Below, in pieces: positions 37,854 through 50,449 of a DNA stretch of 64,000 bases. Each line of letters opens with the position of its first letter. The first letter of the stretch is position 1. The notes under the pieces were generated by a model. That model ran no database searches. It saw only the letters and a list, made by a program, of their open reading frames with translations, and was not told the DNA's origin. This DNA comes from Nemertoderma westbladi. Lineage: Eukaryota > Animalia > Xenacoelomorpha. The position numbers were made by a program, and so were the translations under genes. The stretch is from assembly GCA_032718475.1 (NCBI GenBank), contig JAUCBJ010005607.1, forward strand, positions 1 through 64,000. The letters are read 5' to 3'.

Positions 37854-38525
37854 CTGATGGTTGCCAATACGAATCATACTGGCCTTTGAGTAGGCAACAT
37901 GGAGCCAGAGACACGGGTGGAAACCTCCATGGCACAATTAGAGGAAACGTTGAGTATGGTACAGGCCCAGCTGGAGTCGTCAATCAGGCAACATTTTTCA
38001 ATGGGTCTTACATTTCAATTGAACATCGACATGAATTATCCACAGCAGCATCCACCATAGTGGCTTTTGTAAAGCATACAGCTATAGATGACACAACAAG
38101 GGGCGAAACAAGGCTAGGTGATATTGTGTTTGGGTATCAACATCGCGATATTGTAAAGACAGGTGCTGCAGTTTTTTTTAATCTTGAACCTTATTTACAT
38201 ATATACTACGTGCATCAAAGTAAAAGGGCGCGCATGAGTGTAACTAATGTGAACAAGATTCGTAACAAGTGGTACATGGTAGCTGTATCAATAGATAACA
38301 TATTAAAAGATGGCCTGTTATTCATACAAGAAGTGGATACCAATGTCACATGGCGCCTACCTTTTAAGAGTTATGGCCGTTCGTTTCGAGATGCGAACTT
38401 CCCTTTCATCATTGGCCAAATGCAAAACGGATATGTTGCACATGTTCAATACTACAGCTGTGCTTTAAGTGTAATGGACTTGAAAGAGGTTTATAGTAAA
38501 ACATTGGATGAAGAAAGGAAAATAG
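37854..38525 (+). CDS. Host gene exon E: LamG-like / concanavalin A-like domain 2
   Basis: Acceptor ttgtttcag|, donor TAG|gtgaga, phase 1 to 1. Paralogous to exon D (YWPLS...GNVEYGTGPAG...TIVAFVK...WYMVAV...FIIG...YVAHVQYYSCAL). Confidence 0.85.
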
Positions 38526-39020
38526 GTGAGAGTATATTCGTAGTAAATTTAATATCATATTTTCATCGATTCTCATATACAATGCAATATTATGTTCCAG
38601 TGAAGCCACACAGCCCACTACACTAACAGGAATCAATAATGATTCCAAATCTCATAATTAAATTAAGAAATATCTGAGATCTGAGGATCAAAGGTTTTCT
38701 CCTTGTTCACTTCATTCACATTTTATAATTTCAAACATTCTGGGACACTCAGTTGCATGGTTCCATTATGTATGAGGTGGGACCAGAATGGATTTGAAAA
38801 TATTACTAATATAACTAAGTTATGTTAATAATAAATAGCTAATAGGTTTCCCTACAAAATCCACCTATTTACTATATGTAAATGCATTCTCAACGTCCAT
38901 GGGAATGCCTACCTTGTATAGGTTTCCAGAAAATTAGATCTGGTATGAGCTCGCCTATTCTTCTACATCAGTGCCACCTAACAACTAAATCGCTGTCTGC
39001 GCTCATGTAGATATTATACA

Positions 39021-41620
39021 GTAGATAGATTTATTTATACATTATGTAAAAACAATAACAAATACACCAAACAATGTACCGGTATAAAGGTATTGTCCAA
39101 CATAACATATAGCGGATTACCCCTAAAGCTTTGCAGCTTATTTCCAAGGGGGTCGTTTATGTTACCTGGTTACAAATTCAATATTACACTACGCTAACTT
39201 AAAACCAATATAAAACGTAATTACACTATGTACATGTACAACTTTACCGAGAGCGTGACAATGTCCGACTCAACGATAAAGATGTAATGTACAGAACAAT
39301 TTATTATAAAACGTATTTACAGTATAAATAGTAAAATTAATAATTAATAAACTAATAACTTACTGTAGGACTATTGTACCTAATTTTACATTGCACACGG
39401 AGGTGAGATTCAACTGCAGATTTAAAAGAATGTTGATTATTTATGTTTTTATTTCATTAGGCAGAGCGTTCCAATTTTTAATACTGTTAAAAAAGAAAGT
39501 ATCAGATTCAAAGGATTTACAATTCGGGAGGTAGAAGTTTGAAGCACTAGCTCTGGTACTGTAAGAGTGTGTATTGCGTACTCTGTTGAATTTTTGTTTT
39601 AGGTAATTGGGACATTTACCATTATACACTTTATGCACATGGTTAAGGCGTAGCTGCTTAACTCTACTATCTAAGTTAAGTAGTCCAGATTCAGAAAAGT
39701 CATCTGGAGTTAGGTGGTGCCGAGGTGTGTAGTCTTTAATAAATCGTACTACTTTATTCTGAGCTACTTGTAATTTACATTTAAGCTGTTTGGTTAAGCT
39801 TTCATACCAAGAAGAGCACGCATAGTCCATGTTACACTGTATTAAAGAAGAGCAAAGTAACCTGCGGGAGTCGGTATTTAAACTATTTTTATTTCTGTAT
39901 AGAAACCTAAGCCTACTGTTAACTTTCGAGAAAATATTTTTCACTGTACTTTCTCCTGATAAGCAGTTATCCAATGTGGCGCCTAAATATTTAACTTCCT
40001 TTTTATTTTCAATCTTATGTCCATTACTAGTGACTTCAAACTTAGTTACCTTCTTTAACTTTCTTTTGGAACCAAACAAAATACTTTCAGTCTTACCGTA
40101 GTGAATGGATAGCTTATTATCAACCAACCACTCATTACAGGATTCTAGAACTGCACTTAACTTTTGGGAAATATGGATAGGATCTTTATGAGAGAAAATA
40201 AGAGCACTGTCGTCGGCATATAAAATGAGTTTAAAATCGGGATCTATACTACTTATCATATCATTTACATAGCATACAAAAAGCAGAGGACCTAATATAC
40301 TACCGTGCGGTACACCACAGGTAATCTCTTGTACAGTAGACTGCGATTTGCCAATGACTACAGTTTGACCTCTGTCTGACAGGTACGACTTGAACCAGTC
40401 TATAGAACCTACACCCATCAGGCCTAACTTACCAAGCAGAATTTCGTGATCTACAGTATCGAAAGCCTTTTGTAGGTCCAACATTACTATACCAGTATAT
40501 AAACCCTTTGCGTTATTACATCTAATTGTATCAGTTAAGTTAATAAGGCAGGTGTCTGTAGAATATGATTTACGAAAACCAGACTGAAGTTTATAGATCA
40601 GATTTAGCCTACTAAGATGTGCTTCCAGCTGTAGAAAAACAGAACGTTCTAGAATTTTAGATACAATACTTAAGATACGAACAGGTCTGTAATTACAGGG
40701 TTCTACTTTACTATTCTTTTTATACAGAGGAACAACCTTAGCTAATTTCAGTTCGTCTGGTACTACATTATCTACGATAGAGTAATTAATAATAAAAGTA
40801 ATAGGCACTTTAAGTACTTCAGCACCATCCTTAAGAAAACGGGCTGGTATTAGATCTAGACCGGTACTTTTTGAGGCTGATAGGCTAAGTAGATTTTTAA
40901 AAACGAAATCCTCAGAAACGGGTTTTAAAAATAACTTTTCTGAATTTTGTAACTTTTCTAAATAAAAAATATTTAGAGTTTCGGACCCTATACTATATTT
41001 ATTACTTGATAACGGTAACTTCTTAACTAAATTAGAGGCAACATTAGTAAAATAATTATTAAATAAATTACTAACTAGAGTATGATCATGAATCAGCTCA
41101 CCGTTATCTTGCAGAACAATATTCGATTTAGATTTAAGGTTTTTATAACCTAAAGATTTTAGGGTAGACCATAGACTTTTAGGATTATCTTTATTCTCAC
41201 TTATTTTGTTGTATAAATATTCAGATTTAGCTTTTTTTATTTCCCGTTGGACAATGATTTCTATATTTGCAGTAATTATTATTATAATCAGCTAAAACAC
41301 AGTATTTCCTAAATTTATACAAATAGTTATCTCTTTCTCTGATATTACTAAGAATAACCGAGGTCATCCAGGGCTCAGTGCGTTGTTTAAGACTAATTTC
41401 TTTAATTGGTGCTATAGTATTAAGTGCCTTTAGAAATATATCTTTAAAAACAGTGTAGGCAAGGTTAATGTCAGCGGCCTTAAAACAGGGTTCCCAGTCA
41501 GAATTAACTAACAAACCTAAAAAGCGTTCCTTTCTGTAATTTTTCATAGACCTAACTGTTACTGTTTTATGATCCCGGAAAAAAGATTTTTGTGTCTTTC
41601 TTGTGCAAAAAACTATAAAA
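39021..41620 (-). mobile_element. 5'-truncated CR1/L2-group (L2/Crack-like) LINE
   Basis: ORF2 from the end of the endonuclease (FIVFCTRK) through RT; 3' UTR with GACCCCCTTGGAAATAAGC, AATAAA and a short TCTA tail. Frameshift near 41225. Confidence 0.88.
39441..40808 (-). CDS. LINE reverse transcriptase domain (part of ORF2)
   Basis: [39 protein letters not shown] and KYLG motifs. Confidence 0.9.
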   Translation of the reverse strand: MPITFIINYSIVDNVVPDELKLAKVVPLYKKNSKVEPCNYRPVRILSIVSKILERSVFLQLEAHLSRLNLIYKLQSGFRKSYSTDTCLINLTDTIRCNNAKGLYTGIVMLDLQKAFDTVDHEILLGKLGLMGVGSIDWFKSYLSDRGQTVVIGKSQSTVQEITCGVPHGSILGPLLFVCYVNDMISSIDPDFKLILYADDSALIFSHKDPIHISQKLSAVLESCNEWLVDNKLSIHYGKTESILFGSKRKLKKVTKFEVTSNGHKIENKKEVKYLGATLDNCLSGESTVKNIFSKVNSRLRFLYRNKNSLNTDSRRLLCSSLIQCNMDYACSSWYESLTKQLKCKLQVAQNKVVRFIKDYTPRHHLTPDDFSESGLLNLDSRVKQLRLNHVHKVYNGKCPNYLKQKFNRVRNTHSYSTRASASNFYLPNCKSFESDTFFFNSIKNWNALPNEIKT

Positions 41621-43718
41621 TAAAATTTAAAATTTATTTGATATACATGTAGGTGGTATTGCAATCTAAGAGATAAATTACGCATTAATTAATTGTCAGA
41701 ATAATATCAAGGGTATATTTATAATAATGAATTAATAAATACATACAATATTGCAATGTTATATATAGTTAATATACGGAAATAATAATAACCTTAAGAA
41801 AATAAAACTGAATAATCACTAAATAATAATTTATTTCACAATAATTCATTTAAATCAATTTGCTTGAAATCACATCCCTCCAGAGGTCGGGTGGGGGGGG
41901 GGGGGGGGGGGGCTGACACCACGCTGAGCCTGAGGTGGTCCATCATCAGGGGTCTGGGGTCACAGCCCCCAACAGGGTTCAGCTGGTGGGCGATCCCCAA
42001 GTAGGCGAGGGAATCCCGACTGGGTTTTGTCTTGGTTTGATACGCGTCGCCGCGTTCGCTTACTGTGGCTGATTATGGGCTGAAAGGCCGAAGGCCGCTA
42101 TAATAAAAGAGTTTGGTGTTAATGTTGTTGATCTCTGATAGGTATAGATACCGGTAATACAGCACAAGTACAATAAATGTGTTTGGTGACGATGACAGTT
42201 GAAAACCGTTCGACATGTACACTCTATAAAACCAACTGAAGGCACAATTAATGGGTAACGGTTATATATAATTACTACACATGGAATATTGCTATCTACA
42301 GTTTGGCCTGGCCAATGGATCTAGGACACTTCCCCCCGGACAGTTCCCCCCGGACACTTCCCCCCCGGACACTTCCCCCCCCGGACACTTGCCCCCTGGA
42401 CACTTCCCCCCCGCCCAAGTAGGACACTTCCTCCCCGGACACTTCCCCCCGGACAGTTCTCCCCCGGACACTTCCCACAGGACAGTTCCCCCCCGGACAC
42501 TTCCCCCCCCGTCCAAGTAGGACACTTCCCCCCCCGGACACTTGCCCCCCGGACACTTCCCCCCCGCCCAAGTAGGACACTTCCTCCCCGGACACTTCCC
42601 CCCGGACAGTTCTCCCCCGGACACTTCCCACAGGACAGTTCCCCCCCGGACACTTCCCCCCCGTCCAAGTAGGACACTTGCCCCCCGGACACTTCCCCCC
42701 CCAGACACTTCCCCCCCGGACACTTCCCCCTGGACAGTTACCCCCCGGACACTTCCCCCCCGGACAGTTCCCCCCCGGACACTTCCCCCCCGCCCAAGTA
42801 GGACACTTCCCCCCCGGACACTTTCCCCCCGGACACTTCCCCCCCGGGCACTTGCCCCCGGACACTTCCCCCCCAGTTAAAGTGTTAATCTGGGTGCATC
42901 AAAGCAATAAACAAAGGTTAAAGATGGTTACAGGACAAGTTGTATTTAGACAAGTTTTTTCAAAATTATAAAAGAAACATTTTTATAGTCATATTTTGTT
43001 TGTTTTTCTTTTAATTGGGGGCTGCCGCCCCCTAACCCCCGCTTCTTTTGTTGGGGGCGGCCGCCCCCAAACCCCCGTTTCTTTTCTTGGGGCTGCGCCC
43101 CCAAACCCCTGCTTCTTTTCTTTGGGGCTGCCGCCCCCAAACCCCCGCTTCTTTTCTTGGGGGCTGCAGCCCCCAAACCCCCGCTTATTTTCTTGGGGGT
43201 TATCGCCCCCAGACCCCGGCAGTTCCCTGAGTGCCCGTGGTAAAAGACTTAAGACCATTTTGAAATAATTAATTCATGTTTGTATCATCAGATAATAAAT
43301 TGACTAAGCCTAAAGTAGGAGCTGTATTGAATGTTAACCAATTTAATATATAAATTACTACAATATTATATAATTCAACAAAATCCTATTAAAAATATTG
43401 CAAGTAACCAGGAAATTTAATATGTAGTGTGTATAATATCTCTATAGTATGTATAGTAATATGTATATCAATATGTAATGCTGAACACAGAATACAGGTC
43501 GACGCATGTCGATTTTACCCTGGAGAGGAAAGTTTTGATTGCAACAATAATATTCATCCCCATCTGCTACAATTTGAAGAAGACTATCACATAATAATAC
43601 CTATAATTAAAACAATTAATTATTTATTATAATTCTATAGTTAATAAAAACAGTATATCATTCGGGGGATGGAATTTATAGGTAATCTAATTAATTGTTT
43701 AAAGATTAGCAAACAATA

Positions 43719-45179
43719 GTAGACATGTACCAAACAACAAGAGTCCCACAAGAAATGAAAACAAATAAGTTGGTGCCAGTTCCCAAGAAGGGCAACCTAA
43801 CACTCTATGGTTCTTTTCGGGGAATCTCATTGATCTCGATTGCTGCAAAGCTATACAATAGGATTCTATTAAATCGCATCAGGGATCCCATTGAGAGACT
43901 GCTCCGTGGAAATCAGAATGGGTTCCGTAAAGGTCGTGGGACCATGGAGCCCATTTTGGCACTTAGAAGGATAATTGAAGAATTATCAAAAAAGAAAGAC
44001 AGGCATCTGGCTGTTATCTTTGTTGACTTCTTCAAGGCCTTTGATTCAGTCTCTCGTTCACGTATGTTCAGCATACTTTCATTATATGGGATTCCTGATG
44101 AAATTATTGCAGCAATCAGATCAGTATACGATGGTTCGACAACATTTGTGTCTACTGTTGACGGTGACACAGAACCATTTGAAGTGTTATGGGGCGTCCT
44201 CCAAGGAGACACACTTGCACCATTCTTGTTCATTATTGTGGTTGACTATGTTCTACGCATGTCCTTAGATCATCATAATGATGATGGGGTGATGATAACT
44301 CCACCTACTGGCTCCAGAAGTCGAGGAAATCCTGCCAAGTACCTAACTGATCTAGACTTTGCTGATGACTTAGGAGTACTCTCAGAATCATTAGAGGGAG
44401 CCCAACGGCTCCTCAGCTCATTAGAACATGCTGCTTCTAGTGTTGGTCTTTTTATTAACTCCAGAAAGACCAAAATTCTGACCGTTAACTTTGAAAGTCC
44501 TCAGCAAGTCTCTGATCGGATGAGCATAAGCTCAAAGGATGGTATGCTTGAGCATGTGGACGACTTCTGTTACCTGGGATCATGGATCCGGAAGTCAGGT
44601 GAGGACCTTCGAATACGTAAGGGAAAGGCATGGGCAGCCTTGAATAGGCTTTCCAGGATTTGGAAGTCACCGAGAATTAATCGGAAACTTAAGGTCCGAT
44701 TATTTAGAGCAGCAGTAGTTCCAGTACTCCTCTATGGGAGTCCATGCTGGGCTCTAACTGCTGAGGACACCAAATCTCTGGATGGCACATTCACAAGAAT
44801 GCTACGCCGGGTTCATTGTGTCAAGTACAATGCACACATCTCCAACCAGACACTATATAACATTGGAGGTGTCTCATTGGTTCCCCCAAGCTTGACACTA
44901 GAACAAAACCGCCTCCGCTTTGCAGGACATTGCTTTCGCCGTGAGGACCAGCCAGTGCATAATCTTGTACTTTGGCAGCCTCATGGAGTGAAAAAGCATG
45001 GTGGACAGCCCATGACTTTCTTGAGACGCATCTTAAAGGACACTGGCCTTAAAGATGCGGATGATCTAGCAAATGTCATGGGTGATAGGGAGTTGTGGCG
45101 GTGCAATTTTGTTGACAAGCCGGCACAGCATTCTTAAAAATGCAGCTGCAATGCAGCATGCCGATCCTAGTAGTAGTAG
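43719..45179 (+). mobile_element. Young 5'-truncated RTE-clade LINE inserted in the Mutator-like element
   Basis: 12-bp TSD TAGCAAACAATA (43707-43718 and 45180-45191); (TAG)n tail; uninterrupted RT ORF. Confidence 0.92.
43725..45137 (+). CDS. RTE-type reverse transcriptase (5'-truncated, open)
   Basis: PKKGNL..FRGISL, QNGFRKGR, FVDFFKAFDSV, GVLQGDTLAPFLF, DFADD, FCYLGS and LLYG motifs. Confidence 0.92.
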   Translation: MYQTTRVPQEMKTNKLVPVPKKGNLTLYGSFRGISLISIAAKLYNRILLNRIRDPIERLLRGNQNGFRKGRGTMEPILALRRIIEELSKKKDRHLAVIFVDFFKAFDSVSRSRMFSILSLYGIPDEIIAAIRSVYDGSTTFVSTVDGDTEPFEVLWGVLQGDTLAPFLFIIVVDYVLRMSLDHHNDDGVMITPPTGSRSRGNPAKYLTDLDFADDLGVLSESLEGAQRLLSSLEHAASSVGLFINSRKTKILTVNFESPQQVSDRMSISSKDGMLEHVDDFCYLGSWIRKSGEDLRIRKGKAWAALNRLSRIWKSPRINRKLKVRLFRAAVVPVLLYGSPCWALTAEDTKSLDGTFTRMLRRVHCVKYNAHISNQTLYNIGGVSLVPPSLTLEQNRLRFAGHCFRREDQPVHNLVLWQPHGVKKHGGQPMTFLRRILKDTGLKDADDLANVMGDRELWRCNFVDKPAQHS

Positions 45180-48100
45180 TAGCAAACAATACGATGTAAT
45201 TGCATTGATAAAACTCATAAATAAAACTTGGATATAAAATGAAAAATCGGGATGCAAAAGATCACTTTCTTAGCTACGAAAGGAAAATTGGATACAACTT
45301 ATCCGGATACAAGCGTTCCGGTTACCTTACAAATTGAAAAATAAGAATGTGCGAAGTTAAGAACAGTCGGGGGGGAAGTGTCTGGGGGGGAAGTGTCCGG
45401 GGGGAGTGTCCTACTTGAGCGGGGGGGGGGGAACTGTCCAGGGGGGAAGTGTCCGGGGGGGGGGGAAGTGTCCAAACACCCTGGCCAATGAATGCACATT
45501 AATCAGATGGTAACCTGCCCCACCATTGGCTAATCTCTTTCTCCCCGCTGGCAATCCCTAATCTCTGTGCTAGCTTTCTTTCTCCCCCGAGATGGCTTGT
45601 AACCTGTCATCTCTCCCTAACTAACCAATTGGCAATATAAGTTGCCCTGTGCGTTGGTAGGTGACATTATATTGGTAATGTCACCTAGCCAACTATAATT
45701 GGTAAATCGCCAGTTTCCCCATTTTCCGCTGGGTGGTGCTGCGAATTTTATCCGCTAACACTCCCCCCTCCATGCTATCTTCCCAGTGAGAAGATAGCAT
45801 CAACCTCAAGTGCGCTCCGATTCCGCTGGAATCCAATCTAACATTGGATGTGGGGTGGAATTATTTTCTTGGGGCCTGCTTTCCAGACTGGCCCCTCTGG
45901 GTCTGTTCTCACTACCCATCCTTGGTACATCTGCGAGCTAAGCTGTACCAAGGCATCTGGCGTCTCAATTTTCTCAAAATCACTCAATTTTCTCCCCATA
46001 CACCATCGTCCAACCTGCTCACCTCCTCCTCACCTTAGTCCCATAGGATTCATCCTCCACTCTGCTCGCCCCCCCCCCCCCCCCCCCACATGGATCACGC
46101 ACCTCTTACCTTTCCCCCAAATTCTAGCACCTCCTCCCCATGCTCCTCTCATACTTAACCCTGTTTCATTCCCACTCTCTGCACTCCCGTCAGGTCTCAC
46201 ACAACCCTTCATATGCGCACTGTATGTATGGTAAGTGAGCCCTTTGTCTCGTCCACGTGTTTCAGTGAATTAGTCTGTAATAATTTGTCCGTTAACCCTT
46301 AATCATGACTCTATCTAGACTATACATGGTCCCATTGACCCGGCTTTAGTATTGGTCTCATTGACCCAGCATAAGTATTGGTCCCATTGACCCGGCGTAA
46401 GTATTGGTCTCATTGACCCGGTGTAATTATGTAATTATGTAATTATTTATTTTATTATTTTTATTTATTTTTGTGGGAAGGGTGTATCGCCCTCATTCCC
46501 ACCCCCTCAGTCCAACTTATTGGACAACTCATCAACCTAAGGGCGATTCTTCCAGCAGGTAACTCTCCCACTGCCCCCCTGTAGGTCCTCTTATTCTTCA
46601 CTCCACTCTCCTTGTCAATCCTAACTCCCTCAGATCTGACCTTCCCTTCTCTTCCACCCTAAGATTGGATCTTTCCGTCCCCTCACAGAACTCCTTATCG
46701 TCCCCTGGTGGAAAAATGCCACCCTTCATCTCATCCTCACTGGTATATGCCACCTCAGCTGGCCTCCCCCTCAATATGTGCACTGGCGTTAAAGCCCCCG
46801 ATGACCCTTGGTCATCATTCGGTACGCAAAATGGTTTAACTTTTAATGCCCCCTCGCACTCTGCCAACCCCGTGTACAACACGTCTCCTCTAATTTCCCC
46901 ATTCCCTTTGTCACCCTTCGTCATCGGCTCCTCTCCCTTTGGATTAAACTTCTTACATCCTCTCCCTTTCCACATTGTCTTCTTATTTGATACCAGGGGT
47001 ATCTGTATACTCCTTATTTTGATCGGTGTCTCTTCAGTATATCTCTCCGGATATTTCGCCGTCCAATCTTCCCCATCCTTGTACTGGACCTGCGTCTCTT
47101 CCGGACATCTCTCCGGATATCTTCCACTCTTCCATCCGCTCTTCCACATCCTTATACTGATACTTCCCAGGAACATCTGTGTTCCATCCCATCGCCTCTA
47201 GGTCCTCTGGGTTGAACCCATTATCTTCTGCCCACTGCCTTGCTGTTGCTTCTTGTCCCGACTCCTGATATCCTTCCCCGGGCCGCTTCTCATATGGCAT
47301 CTCTATATCGCCCGTCTTCGACTCCGGCTCTACTTCCCCAATGGTACCAGATAGCATGTATCCAGATGTTTTGGGTGTGTTGAATGGGATTTGGTTTTTA
47401 TTGGACCGCTGAGTGTCCATTCGAATGGCATCAGGATAGCCCCGGGTCTCGCTCCTTGTTATCGCCGAAGATGGCTCATAGCCTCTCATGAGCCGTCTGA
47501 GAGTTCATGCCGACAATGAGAGACACTTTCAGGATGTCCAATTTCGGTGTTGAAAAATTGATGTCATCCAAGTACCGATACTGTTCGGTTTCGATTATTG
47601 TCGGCCACCTGGCGTTAATATTAATAGATTTCTTTATCTGGATGGGCTCGATCGTAGCCCCGTAATTACATTCCGGTGTAATCGCCGCTATCTGACATCG
47701 TCCTGTTCTCATCTTCATGACCTCGTCCTTGCTGGAAATGGTGGTCACGGCCATCTTGCTCAGCCTAGTCTTCATCCCCAATCTCTCGGCTACCCATTTT
47801 TCCGTTATCGTAAATGCTGCCCCACTGTTAATCAACATCAGTGTAGATACCGATTGCCTGTACTCTCCCTTTATCCTTACTGGCACCACTCCCAGTAACA
47901 CTGTTCCACGCTTCTTAAATCTTCCAGTTGTACTTGGCGCCATTGTTTGGCCTCCAGTCTCGTTGGTCTCAGCGTATCTCGGTGGATGTTCTCGACACCT
48001 ATCCTTCCTATGTCCTCCCACCGCACATCTGTGACATAATCCAAATCTCCCTGTATAAGCTAATCGATCTTCTTTCAGCAATGCCTGCCACTGGTTGCAA

Positions 48101-49814
48101 TCAATGGTCTTATACATCCTATTTCTATCTAGCTGACACCTGTAGTTTGGATTATAACGCTCTATGTATAGCGTCTCGCATATTTCGTCCAGGTCCAACT
48201 CAGATGGTTTATTGTTTTGGTTGCATATACCCGTATCAGGGGTGTTCTGATGTTCTGTGGACTAGTACTCCCTTCAATGGTTGCATATGGCAACGATTGC
48301 CTCACTCTCGGAAGTGCATCTGCAGCACTGTGTTCCGCTTGAGGTCGGCTGTATTCCACTTTCGGTACCTTACCAAGACTCTCCTCACTGTACACTGGAT
48401 CCGTTATCAACTCAGCTTCGTAGATAAGGAAGTTCGACATCTCTTCCAACCCCGGCTCCGCACCCTTCTTCTCTCGGGTGGAGAAAGTGATCTTTCTCCA
48501 TTTATTCCTCAACCATATCGGTAGTGCCTGCACTATGCTCGTGATGTTACTTGAAGCATTAAGTTCGTATGGTGTTAGCGCATTTGATAAAAAAGATGTT
48601 CTTTCAATCTCAATTTCATATATTGTGACTCCTTGCTGATTATGCTGAAAACACATGCAGTTAAGATCTAACTTTTCGGTCTGATACAATGAACGGAATG
48701 GCGCTAGTATACCTTCAATAAAGGGCCGCACACTATTTGGAGAATACTGATAAATAATCGTAAACCCCTCAACTTTCTTAATTACTGAGGTAAGCAGAAG
48801 GGTGTACCAGTAGCAATTGCGACTCAAATTTATAGTTGTTTTTGTGTGAAATAAATGCTATTTCATAATCCCTACGTATGTCAGTTGCAATCCTCCTTAT
48901 ATATGATCAAATTCAGTGACAGTCGGCAAATCAGTGTGCATTAGTGTGAATTAGTGTGAAGATGTGTGAAGGTTAATAAAGCATTCCTAAAGAATGCACC
49001 ATTTGTGATACCTTATAGCCTCTAATTGTGATTAGTGTAAGTCATAAATCTGTTTGATACTTAAAGCGCCACGTCCCAAAGGAACTGTTAATATTTCCCC
49101 GAAAGTAAATATAGTTGTCGGAGATTATATAGTAGCGATCTATCGAATAATACAAAGTAGCCTACTGCAATAACTTTCTCTAGAACCAAATCCAGTCTCC
49201 CATACCGTGGGTCATACGCCGCGCATATGGTTTCAACTGATGTCAATTAGCAAGGGCAATAGTCTATTTAAGGATACACTTAAATTAGCAGGTTAAACTG
49301 TTAAAGGTCTAAAAGCGTGAACATTAATAGATTTTTTCTTTTATTGCTCAGTAGGCAATAAACCCTAACGTACCGGTCGGACGGTAAACTGTAGGCTTAG
49401 TTGACCCGAACCGGTACTTTACAGCAGTATTACTTCGATTGTGAAATATTGTATATTGTAGGCTGTTAGAGGATTAGGGAGTAGTATGATAAACAACTTA
49501 AATAAAACAGCGTCTGCCATAGTCTACCATGTTAAAGAATTTCCCGAACGGCTCTTGCCGCACCTACTTACTATGATTACCATTGTGTCACCCCACCCAC
49601 TTACTATGGTTACCATTGCGCATATGTAAAATATGTCACCACTGTTTATATGTGACATATGTGGTATAAGGCCAGTCCGCAGACGGAAGTAATTTAATTA
49701 ATTCGTGTCTACCAGTTGGCGTTTGACCTTGAACCGCAATAGGTAAAACCCAATATAGTAAGTGGGTTGCAGACGTTTGTTATATAGTCTTTAACAAGAT
49801 TTCGTGATTTGATG

Positions 49815-50330
49815 AAAAAATGGGGCGAGCCATGAAGCGAGTGAAGCCTTAGCATATGGGTTAAGGTTATAGTATTTATAATATTATTTTCAATTTGATT
49901 ATTCTACCTATGGGGCGAGCCATGAAGTGAGTGATAGCATCGAAGTAAGGTTATGACACAACAACTAAAAAAGGTAAATTTCTACCTATGGGGCAAGCCA
50001 TGAAGTGAGTGATAGCATCGAAGTAAGGTTATTGAATTCAACTAATGGCAGCCACCAATATTACAATTCTACAGTTATTGCTAAGCCACTAGTTGTGGGA
50101 CGAGCCGTGAAGTGAGTATAAAGTTATAGTATTTATAATATTATTTTATTATGATTATTCTACTTATATGCGGAGGGGTGAGCCATGAAGTGTGTGAAAG
50201 CATATAGGCGCTATCGGTGAGTTGTCTTATCGCCGTCCAGCGCCAACATAAATTTTAATTGCTAATAACTCGGTTATACAGTGATTTGATGAAAAAATAG
50301 GACGAGCCATGAATCGAACGAAGCCTTAGA
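49815..50330. repeat. Six copies of a ~24-nt subterminal motif (GGGGCGAGCCATGAAGTGAGTGA) with variable spacers
   Basis: Copies near 49821, 49911, 49988, 50097, 50175 and 50299. Confidence 0.8.
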
Positions 50331-50449
50331 ATATGGGTACCCGCGCAGCGCGGAGTGAGCAAAGCCTTTAGCGTGTGGGTACTATTGTTGAATTTTGGTA
50401 ATTATTTATTGTTATTATATTAATTGTTGAAATTAAATTATTACTTACA

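Larger units (their letters stand above)
42317..45480. mobile_element. Non-autonomous Mutator/foldback-like DNA transposon with repeat-built TIRs
   Basis: 9-bp TSD CTGGCCAAT (42308-42316 and 45481-45489). Ends GGATCTAGGACACTTCCCCCC and, reverse-complemented, GGTGTTTGGACACTTCCCCCC. Arms are made of GGACACTTCCCCCC units (42324-42875 vs 45365-45472). Internal ~36-bp repeats at 43010-43220. Confidence 0.85.
42000..48578 (-). mobile_element. Second BEL/Pao element (related subfamily): gag, protease, integrase end, 3' UTR, and a 3' LTR split by the Mutator-like insertion
   Basis: Gag 48050-48578; zinc knuckle CHRCAVGGHRKDRC; protease-like LLGVVPVRIKG...LINSGAAFT; integrase C-part LAECEGAL...ALTPVHILRG. 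PPT next to the LTR terminus ...CCGCTAACA (45760). LTR pieces ~42000-42316 and 45481-45760 are homologous to 30203-30848. No RT/RNase H seen. Confidence 0.85.

Noticed and set aside
42281-43268. Pro/Gly-rich collagen-like ORFs on both strands
   Set aside because: Translations of the GGACACTTCCCCCC and ~36-bp repeats of the Mutator-like element.
49474-49479. TTAGGG at the Maverick junction as a sign of telomere targeting
   Set aside because: A single hexamer with no telomeric array; best read as an ordinary 6-bp target site.
1-49491. The two AGTAGTATGATA termini as both ends of one giant element
   Set aside because: They face outward from the intervening DNA and diverge after 12 nt, so they belong to two separate elements.
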